In this document: positions 1 through 9,973 of the stretch, piece after piece | Position numbering within the stretch: the first letter of the stretch is position 1 | How the letters are laid out: each line of letters starts with the position of its first letter | Assembly: GCF_000328665.1 (NCBI RefSeq) | Contig: NC_019972.1 | Location: 186,001-250,000 of the forward strand | From: Methanomethylovorans hollandica DSM 15978 | Lineage (GTDB): Archaea; Halobacteriota; Methanosarcinia; Methanosarcinales; Methanosarcinaceae | DNA: 64,000 nucleotides | Reading direction: 5' to 3' | Position numbers and translations under genes: made by a program | Notes under the pieces: generated by a model | The model's database searches: none | What the model was told of the DNA's origin: nothing | Seen by the model: only the letters and a program-made list of their open reading frames with translations

Positions 1-452
1 TAGATGTTGTTCAATACATTATGTTCTTTTGAAAATAGGTTAATGTAGTTCCCGTTTTTTAATAATACGATTTTTCCAGCTTCTTTAAGAACGCTTATAT
101 GGTATCGGACAGTTCCTCTTTTAAGTCTTAAGTCCCTTTTAACGGAATTAACAGTAATTCCGGGATTTCTTTCAATGAATTGGAGAATCTTCAGGCGATT
201 ATCATTATTTTCATCTTTTATCCTTGCGATTAATATCGCAGACAGCTTCCAACCGAGGGCTAAGACAAGTGAACTAATGGTTATTAATTGTAAAGAGAGT
301 GGCAAATCCCAGAAAGTGATATTGGCATCTGCACCACTGTCATCATTGATCAAATTTGGATCCGGTTGGGTTAGAATTACATAATCTTTACAATAGCAAG
401 GCGATGTGAAAAAAAAGAAAAGAATTATTGTTGCCAGAAGTATTCTTTTCAT
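1..452 (-). CDS. Membrane-anchored winged-helix transcriptional regulator (COG3398/ArsR-like); runs off the window edge
   Basis: Not in the ORF track. Manual translation from ATG at 452 gives MKRILLATIILFFFF (signal), ITFWDLPLSLQ plus a TM segment, then NRLKILQFIERNPGITVNSVKRDLRLKRGTVRYHISVLKEAGKI (wHTH). This architecture is typical of Methanomicrobia. Confidence 0.8.
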   Translation of the reverse strand, partial: MKRILLATIILFFFFTSPCYCKDYVILTQPDPNLINDDSGADANITFWDLPLSLQLITISSLVLALGWKLSAILIARIKDENNDNRLKILQFIERNPGITVNSVKRDLRLKRGTVRYHISVLKEAGKIVLLKNGNYINLFSKEHNVLNNI

Positions 453-464
453 ATTCTATAACCT

Positions 465-920
465 TTAGATCGAATAGTCTTCAGTTCCACTAACCGAGTA
501 ACCGTATACTTTGTATCGCCAAGTTCCTTTTTCTATACCATTACTATTAGTAATGTATATTCTAATCCTTCCATTAATTGTTCCATCTGCAGAATCATAA
601 TAAGTTCCTATACAGTAATTACTTGGATTATATATACTAAGTCTTAGAGAATCACTTGTATCTCCCCAGTTCAAGTTAACAGTCATGCTTTGAATATTCG
701 TGCTAACTGTCTTACTATGCCAGTTTGTTTCTCCTTGAGTTATGGTATCATATGTTGATTTGATTCCAATATCATTATCTGCTAGTTCTGCAGGAATTAT
801 CTTGTATCCGAGGTCCGATGCAGAAATCAAAGAGAATTCATCTTCTGTATCAGATGTGCTTGCTCCTGCTACCGTAATGAACAGCAAAAATACTACAAAT
901 CCCATTATTATCCTATTCAA
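465..920 (-). CDS. Secreted pre-peptidase C-terminal (PPC)-like domain protein
   Basis: Signal peptide; TITQGETNWH...VNLNWGDTSDSLRLSIYNP...YYDSADG.INGRI...GTWRYKVYG motif. This family is commonly adjacent to the membrane wHTH regulator in methanogens. Confidence 0.7.
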   Translation of the reverse strand: MNRIIMGFVVFLLFITVAGASTSDTEDEFSLISASDLGYKIIPAELADNDIGIKSTYDTITQGETNWHSKTVSTNIQSMTVNLNWGDTSDSLRLSIYNPSNYCIGTYYDSADGTINGRIRIYITNSNGIEKGTWRYKVYGYSVSGTEDYSI

Positions 921-1247
921 TCTTTATTCTCCTTGTTTATTGATTTTTGCAATAAGTATTGAAGTCAAACAAAGTATATAAGAATTTTAGCCATTGACCG
1001 AATTGAGAAAAAAAATAAATAGTGGGTGAATATACTATTAGAAGAGAATCAATATATTAGGAAATGGGTGATGCGCTGATCACCCATTTTTATGGATTCA
1101 ACCCCCTAATCGAGGGTTTTTACTCATCCTCTACCCCATAGTTGCTGTTTCTTGTTTTAAGGTTCGTTTTTGATATTAATATCTAGGCACCCACAATATA
1201 AATAAATTATGGCCTTTACTCGAATTGAGAATCTGGGATATAGTAAG

Positions 1248-1466
1248 TTATATTGTTCCTGTGTTGTAGCTGGGAGTTATAGTTGTGCCCGCAATTGTAT
1301 TGTGTGAACTGCCTGGAGATGCAATGTTAAATGGAAGATCAGAAAATACATTGATCTGGACAAGTGGTTTATCTGTAGCATTTGCTATTACTATTCCAAC
1401 AGATAGTGTCAATACTAAAAGTACTGCAAGTGAGGATAATATTAATTTGTGGTTACTGCTCAGCAT
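1248..1466 (-). CDS. Short ORF with signal peptide, possibly a truncated surface-protein remnant
   Basis: Hydrophobic N-terminus LILSSLAVLLVLTLSVGIVIA; only 72 aa. Confidence 0.3.
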   Translation of the reverse strand: MLSSNHKLILSSLAVLLVLTLSVGIVIANATDKPLVQINVFSDLPFNIASPGSSHNTIAGTTITPSYNTGTI

Positions 1467-1573
1467 AAAAGCACCTTATAATACATCATCATACAAATTT
1501 AAATATCTGTCGCAAAGAAAAAATGAGATCAATTTTGAATTGCCTTTTAATATCTTAAGATTAGAAAACGTAT

Positions 1574-2434
1574 CTAAAATTTGGATGAATCTAATATGAA
1601 CCATGATTTATCGGGGATCCTGCTGAACTTATATTCATTTCCATTAACTCGGTATGTATAAAGTGTTTTTTTATTCTTGATAGCATCAGCAATAAGAAAA
1701 TAATTAATGTTATAATAGACATTGATTATCATAGCAATTATTCCAGCAAGAGGAGACCAGTACCATAGGAATAATGCAAGAATCGTGAAGATAACCACCT
1801 TTAAAGAATGATATGCAAATGTTCTTGGATATATCCACGATATGAGTGATTTTTTCAAGTACTCTTGTTCTTTTGCAGGGGGATATTTGTCAGACAATAT
1901 GTTTACTGAGAGAATATTCAAGAAATAGTAAGTAAGGTAGAGATCATCATGAGGATACCAGTCACGTTCATTCTTAGCATTCAATCGTCTTTTTTTCATG
2001 TAATCTGTTATTTCCTTTATATCAGCAGGACCCATTATTTCAATTAATTGTTCTTTATAAACATCTCTTAACAATGAGAAACCTTCTTTTTTGTCCAAAT
2101 TATCAAGATCACTTTCATATTGTTCATGAATTGGATCTTTACTGGATACGTCATGAAGATGAACTGCAGTCATTCCGTCAGCTATGTAATGGCTTGCTAC
2201 ACCAAGTTCATAATAGGCATCAGATATCCTATTAATCAAAAACATGCTCCTTGCTTTCTGAATATGGTATCTGATCTTTTTAAGTCCATTTTTATTGAAC
2301 CTGTGATCATAGTAGTCTTTGGTCACTTTATCAGGTGCAATGCTGCCTTCCCGGGCTTGATATAATAGTTGCTCATCAGAATGAAAACGACTAAGAATCC
2401 TTGAAAGTATCCTCTGGTGAGTTGACCATTTCAT
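1574..2434 (-). CDS. Zinc-dependent phospholipase C / S1-P1-like family protein with C-terminal TM helices
   Basis: N-terminal KWSTH, GSIAPD, YELGVASHYIADG and HEQYE Zn-ligand motifs. Confidence 0.7.
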   Translation of the reverse strand: MKWSTHQRILSRILSRFHSDEQLLYQAREGSIAPDKVTKDYYDHRFNKNGLKKIRYHIQKARSMFLINRISDAYYELGVASHYIADGMTAVHLHDVSSKDPIHEQYESDLDNLDKKEGFSLLRDVYKEQLIEIMGPADIKEITDYMKKRRLNAKNERDWYPHDDLYLTYYFLNILSVNILSDKYPPAKEQEYLKKSLISWIYPRTFAYHSLKVVIFTILALFLWYWSPLAGIIAMIINVYYNINYFLIADAIKNKKTLYTYRVNGNEYKFSRIPDKSWFILDSSKF

Positions 2435-2552
2435 ATAATTTTATGAATGTTTCTTTGGTATAAATATTTATTGTACATCGGAAAAACAATTGAGGATCTG
2501 AACTTAAAAAAAATAGTATAAAACCCTGTAGCATTGGCAGGGTTTCTATTCT

Positions 2553-3968
2553 TCACCATTTGTTGTAGTATTCTGCATGAGTATATATTGACTCATCCAT
2601 TGCTAGATCTGCTGTGTTCAAGGTAAGGTTTGTAAACCAATATGGATATGGAATATCAGCACAAGTAAGTGCAGATACATCTTCTAAATGGCATTCACTT
2701 GCTGTGGTATGATTGAGCCATTGCATGTATACCCAACTATCCGTTTCTCCATAAGTAATTGTGAACTCAAATTCATCAAGTTCGATATCATCATCGTATG
2801 TTACTTCAGTTATTGCAGCCGGTTCAAGATGTTCGTTATTACACATCGTTTCTCCGTTCATTTCATATGATGTCGTGCTTAATTCGTCAAGGAGGATGTC
2901 ACAAGTTCCTCTGATCTCAGCTGCAGTAAATCTTCTGTAACCTACGGTAGAATCATACTCACACCAACAGTATGTGTAAGTTCCAAGTGGAGTGACGATT
3001 GTTTCACACTGTACTTCTCCGTCAACTGGATAATATTCTCTGCATTCGTCTACAGTGACTACATATTCTGCATCCCATTCATCTGCTCTAAGAACGAGTA
3101 AAAGTCTATAAGCGATTTCATCGAACAAAGGATCTCCTTCATGCAATTCATATTCTTCATCACCGATAGCATCAACAATATACTGTGCAGTTTCTTCAAT
3201 GATACTTTCTTTCGTTGGTACTTCATTCCCATAGAAATCCGGATCGTAGTTGTGTTCATATTCCAGAGGATATGGTTCATTAATAGTTTCGTATATTCCC
3301 CCTGGTTTTTCAATATCCTCAATTACAGTTACTAACTGGTCATTGCGTGCAAGATATGGGTAAGCAAATCTATAATAGCTGTTAAGAGTTTCAACTTCGA
3401 TTGGGACATTGTATGTTCCATAACTATAATCAAATTCAGAATTATCATCGTCTAAATATGCATTGGTCGTAGGAATTGGCATGAGATCTGAGAGTTTGCC
3501 GTTCTGCTCGTAATAATAGGTTATGTTATAGTTTCTTGTAACAGCTAACTGTTGCCATGCTCCATCCATTACTTCAAATGACTCTTCATCTGTAGTACCA
3601 ATACACAATTGTGCGTTAGGTGTCCAAAAATAGTTATAAAGCCATTCTTGTGTTGTTTCAGCAATGTTTTCAAGATCAAGTGGATTTGCCTCAGAAATTA
3701 GTCGATTATGGAATTGTTCATAGGTTATGTAAGATAATGATTCTAATGCATCGTGTTCAGCATGACGTATTGCAAACCATGCTGATTCAAGGATATAGCT
3801 TGCTTTTGTTTCCTGCCCTGGTACTACATGAGCATTAGTGAGTATCAATGCTTGTAAGGGCGTGTGAGTGTATTCTGCTGTCGTTGCTGCAAGTATCGGG
3901 ATAAGGGCGAATAAGGTTAGGACCCCGACAGTTATCACTAACATATATTGACTTCTAGGGCCAAACAT
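2553..3968 (-). CDS. Secreted or membrane-anchored acidic, Tyr/Cys-rich hypothetical protein
   Basis: 471-aa ORF with an N-terminal hydrophobic segment; very D/E-rich. Confidence 0.6.
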   Translation of the reverse strand: MFGPRSQYMLVITVGVLTLFALIPILAATTAEYTHTPLQALILTNAHVVPGQETKASYILESAWFAIRHAEHDALESLSYITYEQFHNRLISEANPLDLENIAETTQEWLYNYFWTPNAQLCIGTTDEESFEVMDGAWQQLAVTRNYNITYYYEQNGKLSDLMPIPTTNAYLDDDNSEFDYSYGTYNVPIEVETLNSYYRFAYPYLARNDQLVTVIEDIEKPGGIYETINEPYPLEYEHNYDPDFYGNEVPTKESIIEETAQYIVDAIGDEEYELHEGDPLFDEIAYRLLLVLRADEWDAEYVVTVDECREYYPVDGEVQCETIVTPLGTYTYCWCEYDSTVGYRRFTAAEIRGTCDILLDELSTTSYEMNGETMCNNEHLEPAAITEVTYDDDIELDEFEFTITYGETDSWVYMQWLNHTTASECHLEDVSALTCADIPYPYWFTNLTLNTADLAMDESIYTHAEYYNKW

Positions 3969-4017
3969 AAAAAAAGAAACGCTTTAAAAGTATTTAATGA
4001 TATGCAAAAGAAAAAAA

Positions 4018-5163
4018 TCAGGCATTGATCCTGATTTCACTATTGTTAAATGTATTCATTTCAATTATTTTATTCATTCCTTCTTTTCCCAGGCCATCAA
4101 TTATCTCAACGGGCATACCAAGATCTATCTGTTTTATAATTTCCGTATTTTTTCCCCATAAGGTAACTTTGATCTGGCCTGTATTGTCTTTGACAACGAT
4201 GTTTCCGACAGAATTAAGCTGTCCACTGTCATTTGAGAATTCTCTGATCTCACTGATATCAATTATATTACCTTTTATTGAGTATTTCTTTCCTACAGTG
4301 ACTTGGTTGATGGGTACAAAGGCCTCCTTGAAGACCACATTATTATTTGTTTTCTCTATTGATGTTGAATCACCAATCTGTAATTCAACTGATTTAGAGA
4401 AGTCGTTGTATTTTGCTGTAGCATTTCTGATCAGGAGACTATCACCAACCTTAATATCCGGGGATAAATCTGCTTTATCGTTCCAAAGAGTTGCGTTCAC
4501 CTTTCCACTATCATCGCCAAGAGAAATATTTCGGAGTTTACCAGTGCCATTCTTCTTATTGAATGTTTTTACATCACCGATCTTCAGAACCTTTACGATA
4601 AGATAGATATTAGACTCGTTATTTTTGATCTCGCTTATCTTTTTTTGAGGAATAGTAGCTTGAACAGATTCCTGCGAGATGCATATTGAATCTTTCGTAC
4701 CTATGTTTATTTGAGTGCCTGTAGCACCATCCTTGGCTTGTCCAGTAATATCAATTGTATCGTTGACTTTTACAAAACCACCTGTTATATTTTCAACCAT
4801 TTCATCCCACAACGAAGCAATAACACAGCCAGTTTCGTCTGCTATTGTTATAGATATGACTCTTCCTGTACTGTTGTCTTTCCTTGGGAATTCTCTCACT
4901 GTTCCAACATTGATGATTTTACCAATAACACGAACAGTGCTTCCATCCGGTTCTATATTTTTGATCTTGATGGGGTCCTGTGTAGGAGTAGACGTTGTCA
5001 TCCCCAAATCATTGTTAACAAGCAAGGCAGCTGTTTTTGGATCACATAATCCGGCAAGGGTTTCTATCCTGGCCTGCACAAGTTCTATATATTTCTCTGG
5101 GGTAATCTGAGAATTTACTTTTTCATATTCATCTTTAATTTCACTAAAACTAACATTTTCCAT
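4018..5163 (-). CDS. rpa: Replication protein A (three OB folds, euryarchaeal RPA1-like)
   Basis: Repeated OB-fold motifs IADETG.VIASLWD, LGDDSGKVNATLWND and VKDNTGQIKVTLWG; N-terminal LAGLCDPKTAALLV. Confidence 0.85.
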   Translation of the reverse strand: MENVSFSEIKDEYEKVNSQITPEKYIELVQARIETLAGLCDPKTAALLVNNDLGMTTSTPTQDPIKIKNIEPDGSTVRVIGKIINVGTVREFPRKDNSTGRVISITIADETGCVIASLWDEMVENITGGFVKVNDTIDITGQAKDGATGTQINIGTKDSICISQESVQATIPQKKISEIKNNESNIYLIVKVLKIGDVKTFNKKNGTGKLRNISLGDDSGKVNATLWNDKADLSPDIKVGDSLLIRNATAKYNDFSKSVELQIGDSTSIEKTNNNVVFKEAFVPINQVTVGKKYSIKGNIIDISEIREFSNDSGQLNSVGNIVVKDNTGQIKVTLWGKNTEIIKQIDLGMPVEIIDGLGKEGMNKIIEMNTFNNSEIRINA

Positions 5164-5305
5164 GGGTACACCTCGATAATAGCATCAGCTAATCCTTTTT
5201 ATCTTTGAACTTAATATGATGTAAAAGCATAAAAATGCTTCTAATGATAGTATGCGTTTTTTATTTTATTAAAATTCTTTGTTGGTCATGAGTATTAAAA
5301 ATAGT

Positions 5306-6580
5306 GGATCTCCACAACATTGAGTGGGTAAGTTAATATGTTATTTCATCTAAACCCTTTTTAATGGAAGACAAAGACCTCATTCAACTTGCTCTGGGAA
5401 TAATCCCTCCTTGGTTTGTAAAAGAACTAAATCTCGATACTTCTAAGAAAAGGATGGATATTTACCTTGATTTTATAAAAGGGAGCAAATTCCTCTGTCC
5501 TGTATGTAATGAATTGTGCCCTATTCATGATACAAAAGAAAGAATATGGAGACACCTGGATTTCTTCCATTACGAAACCTATCTTCATGCAAAGGTTCCC
5601 AGAATAAAGTGTAATGGACATGGTGTGAAGTTGATCGATCTTCCATGGACCAGACAGAACACGGGGTTTACCTTGTTCTTTGAAGCATTGATCGTTGCTA
5701 TGTGCAAAGAAATGTCAGTTGCTTCTGTAGCTGATATTGTACATATTCATGAGGATTCTGTGTGGAGAATACTTAGTCATTATGTAGACAAAGCAAAAGA
5801 AGAAAGGGATATATCATATATTAAAACGATCGGAGTAGACGAGATAGCTGTTAAAAAGGGCCATAACTACGTCACTTTGTTCTATGATATGGAAGAAGCA
5901 AGAGTCATACACATCGAAAATGGAAAAGGAAAGGATGTGTTCCAAAAATTTAGAACAGAGATCGCTGGCAAGGTAGATCATGAACAGATCCAATACATAT
6001 CTATGGATATGTATCCTGCATTCAAAAGTGGGGCCAGGGAATATTTCCCAAAAGCTACGATCGTTTTTGATAAGTTCCATGTGATAAAGATGATGAATGA
6101 TTCAGTTGATAGAGTTAGAAGAACTGAATCAAAAGAAAACCATGTTCTTAAGAATACCAGGTTTATGTGGTTAAAGAACCCTGAGAGATTGTCAGAGAAA
6201 GAAAACGTAATCATGGAATCTATCAAGAACCTTGATACAAAAACTGCTAAAGCATACCAGTTTAGATTGGCCCTTCAAAGATTGTGGACAATAAAAGAGG
6301 TATCAGTAGCAAGGGAATATCTTGATAAATGGCATTATTGGGGAACCCATAGCAATATCCCAGAGATAATTTCAGTGTCAAAAGCCATCAAAAAACATGC
6401 GCAGGGAATTCTTGAAGCAATGAAGAATGGTATAAACAATGGAGTTGCAGAGGGAATAAACAATAAAATTAAAACTGCTTTTAAAAGATCTTATGGTCTA
6501 AAGACGGAAAAATACAGGAATAACATGATCTATCTGATGGCGGGAAAATTGACATTACCCACACGATGTTGAAGAGAGCC
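5306..6580 (+). mobile_element. Complete ISL3-family insertion sequence (1275 bp) with 8-bp target-site duplication
   Basis: Imperfect terminal IRs GGATCTCCACAACATTGAGTGGGTAA and (revcomp) GGCTCTCTTCAACATCGTGTGGGTAA; TSD AAAATAGT at 5298-5305 and 6581-6588. Confidence 0.92.
5364..6572 (+). CDS. ISL3-family transposase
   Basis: CPVC zinc finger, WRHLD, IGVDE, SMDM, FDKFHV and NGVAEGINNKIK motifs; intact 402 aa. Confidence 0.95.
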   Translation: MEDKDLIQLALGIIPPWFVKELNLDTSKKRMDIYLDFIKGSKFLCPVCNELCPIHDTKERIWRHLDFFHYETYLHAKVPRIKCNGHGVKLIDLPWTRQNTGFTLFFEALIVAMCKEMSVASVADIVHIHEDSVWRILSHYVDKAKEERDISYIKTIGVDEIAVKKGHNYVTLFYDMEEARVIHIENGKGKDVFQKFRTEIAGKVDHEQIQYISMDMYPAFKSGAREYFPKATIVFDKFHVIKMMNDSVDRVRRTESKENHVLKNTRFMWLKNPERLSEKENVIMESIKNLDTKTAKAYQFRLALQRLWTIKEVSVAREYLDKWHYWGTHSNIPEIISVSKAIKKHAQGILEAMKNGINNGVAEGINNKIKTAFKRSYGLKTEKYRNNMIYLMAGKLTLPTRC

Positions 6581-6985
6581 AAAATAGTTAAGTAAGAAAT
6601 TCGTGGTTTTTCTCGTTATAATTTCTCTTAAATTCTACTACAAGAATCCCATCGTTATAAGTAACATGTTCAAATTTTGGATGGACTGAAACAGGTAAAT
6701 GAATATTGTATTCATACTTCCATTGTTGGTAAGATGCAGATACTTTTACATTCCTATTAGTAGAGTCAATAATGATTTGTTGCCGAGGAACTCCAGGCGT
6801 AGGTGCATCTATAATTACACTAGTTGGAGTAATATATCTACCATAATCCAGATTTTGTCGTCTGTTTTTGGGTATCTTTGATGTTATAAATCCTACTAAT
6901 TTGTTAATGGGAATGTTGTTATTCACTTCTATAAAGAAGCGTGGCCATATCCAATTATAGAAAATTCCCTTTTCAACTATTATAG

Positions 6986-8361
6986 CAGGAGTCCCCTTCC
7001 TCGAAGCGTAGCGACAGGTGGGGGAGGAATGCGTCACTCCAACTAACATTAAAGTATTTATAACATAAAAAACATTATACTACTAACGATTTTCTACCAA
7101 AAAAGCAAACAATATACTGAAATATTTGAAAGAAGGTTATTGCATGATCCTGACCAAAACTGTTATTCTGAAAATAGTAAATCCAGATAACGATCTGGTA
7201 GAGACCATGCAAAAGTATTCAGATGGAATGAACTATGCTTCTTCTGTTGTTTTTCAGAACGGAAAAACTATCGGTTCTTACAAATTGCAGAATATCGTTT
7301 ACGGATATCTCCGAGAAGTTATTGGACTGAAATCCCAGATGAGTTGTAACATCCCAAGACAAGTATCAGGATGCTACAAAACCTTGAAAGAACAGATCAA
7401 GGAAGGAAAAGTAATCTGGAAGGAAATAACATTCAGTACGTATTCGATGACGCTTTCCTACAAAAGAGATTTTAGTATAAGTCAGAATTTAGTTTCTATT
7501 ACAACCATTAATAATGGGAGGAAACCATACAAAATACAAAGTTATGATAATGCACAGCAATACTTCGATGGAACATGGAAATTCACAGCATCCAAGGTTG
7601 TAAGACATAAGGATAGTAATCATTATTTCCATCTTTCTGTTGAAAAGGAAGTTCCAGAAAAAGAACTGGAATACCCATCCAATTACATGGGTATTGACTT
7701 GGGAATGAACTACCTTGCTGTTGCATCAACCACTGAAAAGAAATGTAAGTTCTTTGCAGGAGGTCATATCAAATATATCAGAAACCAATACAAGTCAATG
7801 CGAGCACGTTTACAATCGAAGGGAACTTTGTCAGCAAAGAGGATGTTGAAACATCTCTCTGGCAAAGAACAACGTCTTATGCGAGATGTAAACCACATAA
7901 TTTCTAAAGAAATCGTAAAATTCGCTATTGATAACGATGTTTCCGTAATAGGTCTTGAAGATTTGAATGGTATTAAGGAAAGTACTATACATAATGTACC
8001 TAAGAAGAAACGACATAACCACAGTAGTTGGGCGTACAGACAACTACACACATTCATTGAATACAAAGCAAGAGAGGCGGGAATAATTACTCATTTTGTA
8101 GATCCAGCTTACACTTCTCAAACATGTATACGATGCAATCACATATCTAAAAACAATAGACATCGACTTGAATTTAGATGTGAAATATGTGGTTATGAAA
8201 ATAATGCAGACCTAAACGGAGCAATGAACATCGAACATCGAACACGGGATTTTAGGTATATCTTAGAATCTCAGGGGTGTGTGTCAGCCACCCATACGAA
8301 TGCTTAAATGATATTCAAGCTCCTTCCTCGACTTCGTAGAAGGCAGGGAGGAGTAGTTGAC
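6986..8361 (+). mobile_element. IS200/IS605-family tnpB-only (IS1341-like) element, copy 1
   Basis: Left end CAGGAGTCCCCTTCCT...AGGTGGGGGA hairpin; right end CAAG-CTCCTTCCT...GGGAGGAG-TAGTTGAC; no TSD; no tnpA. Confidence 0.85.
7144..8307 (+). CDS. tnpB: RNA-guided endonuclease TnpB
   Basis: RuvC motifs GIDLG, GLEDL and NADLN intact; CxxC...CxxC zinc ribbon (TSQTCIRC...CEIC). Confidence 0.93.
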   Translation: MILTKTVILKIVNPDNDLVETMQKYSDGMNYASSVVFQNGKTIGSYKLQNIVYGYLREVIGLKSQMSCNIPRQVSGCYKTLKEQIKEGKVIWKEITFSTYSMTLSYKRDFSISQNLVSITTINNGRKPYKIQSYDNAQQYFDGTWKFTASKVVRHKDSNHYFHLSVEKEVPEKELEYPSNYMGIDLGMNYLAVASTTEKKCKFFAGGHIKYIRNQYKSMRARLQSKGTLSAKRMLKHLSGKEQRLMRDVNHIISKEIVKFAIDNDVSVIGLEDLNGIKESTIHNVPKKKRHNHSSWAYRQLHTFIEYKAREAGIITHFVDPAYTSQTCIRCNHISKNNRHRLEFRCEICGYENNADLNGAMNIEHRTRDFRYILESQGCVSATHTNA

Positions 8362-8465
8362 ACACCAAATATATCATTGCTGTTTCAATTATCTTCTGAC
8401 TGAGCATCTCTACAGTTTGAACTACCATACCAACTACCTCCACAACACCATATTTTTTGTTTTTC

Positions 8466-9600
8466 CAGCCTTTCAGGTAAATATCATTGCTTATATTTTT
8501 CCTCCATTTTTTTTAATTATTTCTTGCAATCGTTTTTGAACAAAACCTTCTATTGATAATGTACTATATTAACGATATGATATGAACCCACGAAATCTAT
8601 CTTATCTTCTATAGTGCCAGCAGTCCGAATTCAACCTTTTTCTACATCCTTTTGCATAAGCATAGAGTGTCCTGCACAGCAACTACAGTGAATATGGAGA
8701 TGGAAGAGTTATATCCATAACCATGGCATATGAAACTGATTATGTTACCGTTTCATTGTGTGATGCAATGATGGAGAATGTGACTGGTAGATTTATCAAA
8801 ATTAATGATCTGGGCGTACAGCGAAGGGTACAGTTGTTGTTCTTAGAAGAGAGAGGATATTTATAGGTATTAATGATACAGATTCTAAGGAAAATAGACT
8901 CTGACTCACAATATCGCCAAAAAATCGGATTGTCCTGAGTCTGTCTATTACATTCTCTTGTTCAGGAATACTCAGTACAAGTAAAAAAGTCTACAGGAGA
9001 ATTTTACCAGAAAAAAAAGATGAAATCAGAGAGTGGTAAGAATGTATTTTTTAAGAAGAACTATCTTATACCTCAGTTCAAGAACACCATTGTAGTAACG
9101 CATTTTTTCAGAAAGGGGATCTATCCTGACCTTTAGGGGAATATTCTTCGTATACAATCTATCTTCGAATGCTGCTATAATACTAACCGATTTTTCTCTG
9201 GGGTCAGTATAGATGTTTTTTCGTGGTATACCTGGAATATCTAGAGTTATAATAACACATTCTTTTTCGGTAGTAATCTGGTATTGTGGCTCGTTTTTAT
9301 TGCGTCCTGGTATTACAGACCTGAGTGTGTCACTAATTTCATGTACTGAGATCTTGATTCCAATATCAAGAAAGCTTGGAATCTTTCCTGAGATTCCAAT
9401 TGTTAGTAGGGTTGATATAATTGATGTTTCGAGTCCTCCGGCTAATTGCTCCATGCTATGCTACCTCCCATAATACTCCACTTTTTTATCCATGTTTTTG
9501 ATTCATTCAGCCTTTCAGGTAAATATCATTGCTTATATTTTTCCTCCATTTTTTTAATTCTTTGTTGCAATTGTTTTTGAACAAATACATCTATTGATAA
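8466..9600 (-). repeat. ~94-bp direct repeat (8466-8559 and 9508-9600): duplicated upstream/promoter region of two Hsp20-like genes
   Basis: Both copies read CAGCCTTTCAGGTAAATATCATTGCTTATATTTTTCCTCCATTTTTTT...TTGCAAT.GTTTTTGAACAAA...TCTATTGATAA and contain a TATA-like AAAAATATAAG on the minus strand. Confidence 0.85.
9026..9454 (-). CDS. Hsp20/alpha-crystallin-like protein
   Basis: ITLDIPGIPRKNI and YYNGVLELRY motifs; GGAGGT RBS. Confidence 0.75.
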   Translation of the reverse strand: MEQLAGGLETSIISTLLTIGISGKIPSFLDIGIKISVHEISDTLRSVIPGRNKNEPQYQITTEKECVIITLDIPGIPRKNIYTDPREKSVSIIAAFEDRLYTKNIPLKVRIDPLSEKMRYYNGVLELRYKIVLLKKYILTTL

Positions 9601-9662
9601 AGTTATTTATTAATATTTACATTATTAAAATATGTGCCGTGTGTCAAAAAACAGTATCTATT

Positions 9663-9874
9663 GGTACTTTCTACATCTCTGGGTTTTATCGAAATCATGT
9701 TCTGCAATTAAAAGAAAGTATCTGAAGGAAGGATTAATGCAACTTGTCATTATATTATAAAAACGAAAACAGCAGAAGTATTAATTGAACACACATGTCC
9801 AAGAATATCTTAAAGTTTTCGAGTTGCCGCATGTAGATATGTGATGAGCTATACAAACGGACTTTGCAGAGTAA
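9663..9874 (+). pseudogene. Probable decayed paralog of the SWIM-like protein at 35561-36166
   Basis: Fragments in shifting frames (GTFYIS, VLIEHTCP, PHVD, IQTDFAE) are colinear with GTFTAC, IIVNHTCS, CKHID and INRTDSFAQE; stops and frameshifts present. Confidence 0.4.
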
Positions 9875-9973
9875 TATATCCAATTGACCAGGAATTTGGA
9901 ATAAAGGGGGTACTACTGACACTGAATATACAGACGTACCGATCAAAATAATGGACAGAAAAAAAGAAAATAG

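Larger units (their letters stand above)
6588..8428 (-). pseudogene. Hsp20/alpha-crystallin-like gene split by a tnpB element (5' part 8362-8428, 3' part 6588-6985)
   Basis: Joining the flanks restores a 154-aa frame MVVQTVEMLSQKIIETAMIYLV-S-IIVEKGIFY...PGVPRQQI...YNDGILVVEF, with a GGAGGT RBS just upstream. The track's start at 7049 lies inside the IS end. Confidence 0.8.

Noticed and set aside
1062..1120. 11-bp hairpin AAATGGGTGAT/ATCACCCATTT plus a weak second stem as an ncRNA
   Set aside because: A single intergenic hairpin with no other support; could be a terminator or operator.
6986..7049. Track start of the 153-aa ORF (MLVGVTHSSPTCRYASRKGT)
   Set aside because: This is read-through into the IS left end; the real N-terminus is at 8362-8428.
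7144..8307. TnpB copies 1 and 2 as Cas12f effectors
   Set aside because: They are flanked by IS200/IS605 hairpin ends, with no CRISPR array or cas genes nearby.
8362..8490. Similarity of the copy 1 guide (AAATATATCATTGC) to the duplicated promoter (AAATATCATTGC) as RNA-guided regulation
   Set aside because: The match is short, AT-rich, needs a gap and misses the TAM-proximal seed; probably chance.
8560..9000. Open stretch of about 68 codons on the plus strand between Hsp20 genes
   Set aside because: No convincing start or family motif; at most an unidentifiable remnant.
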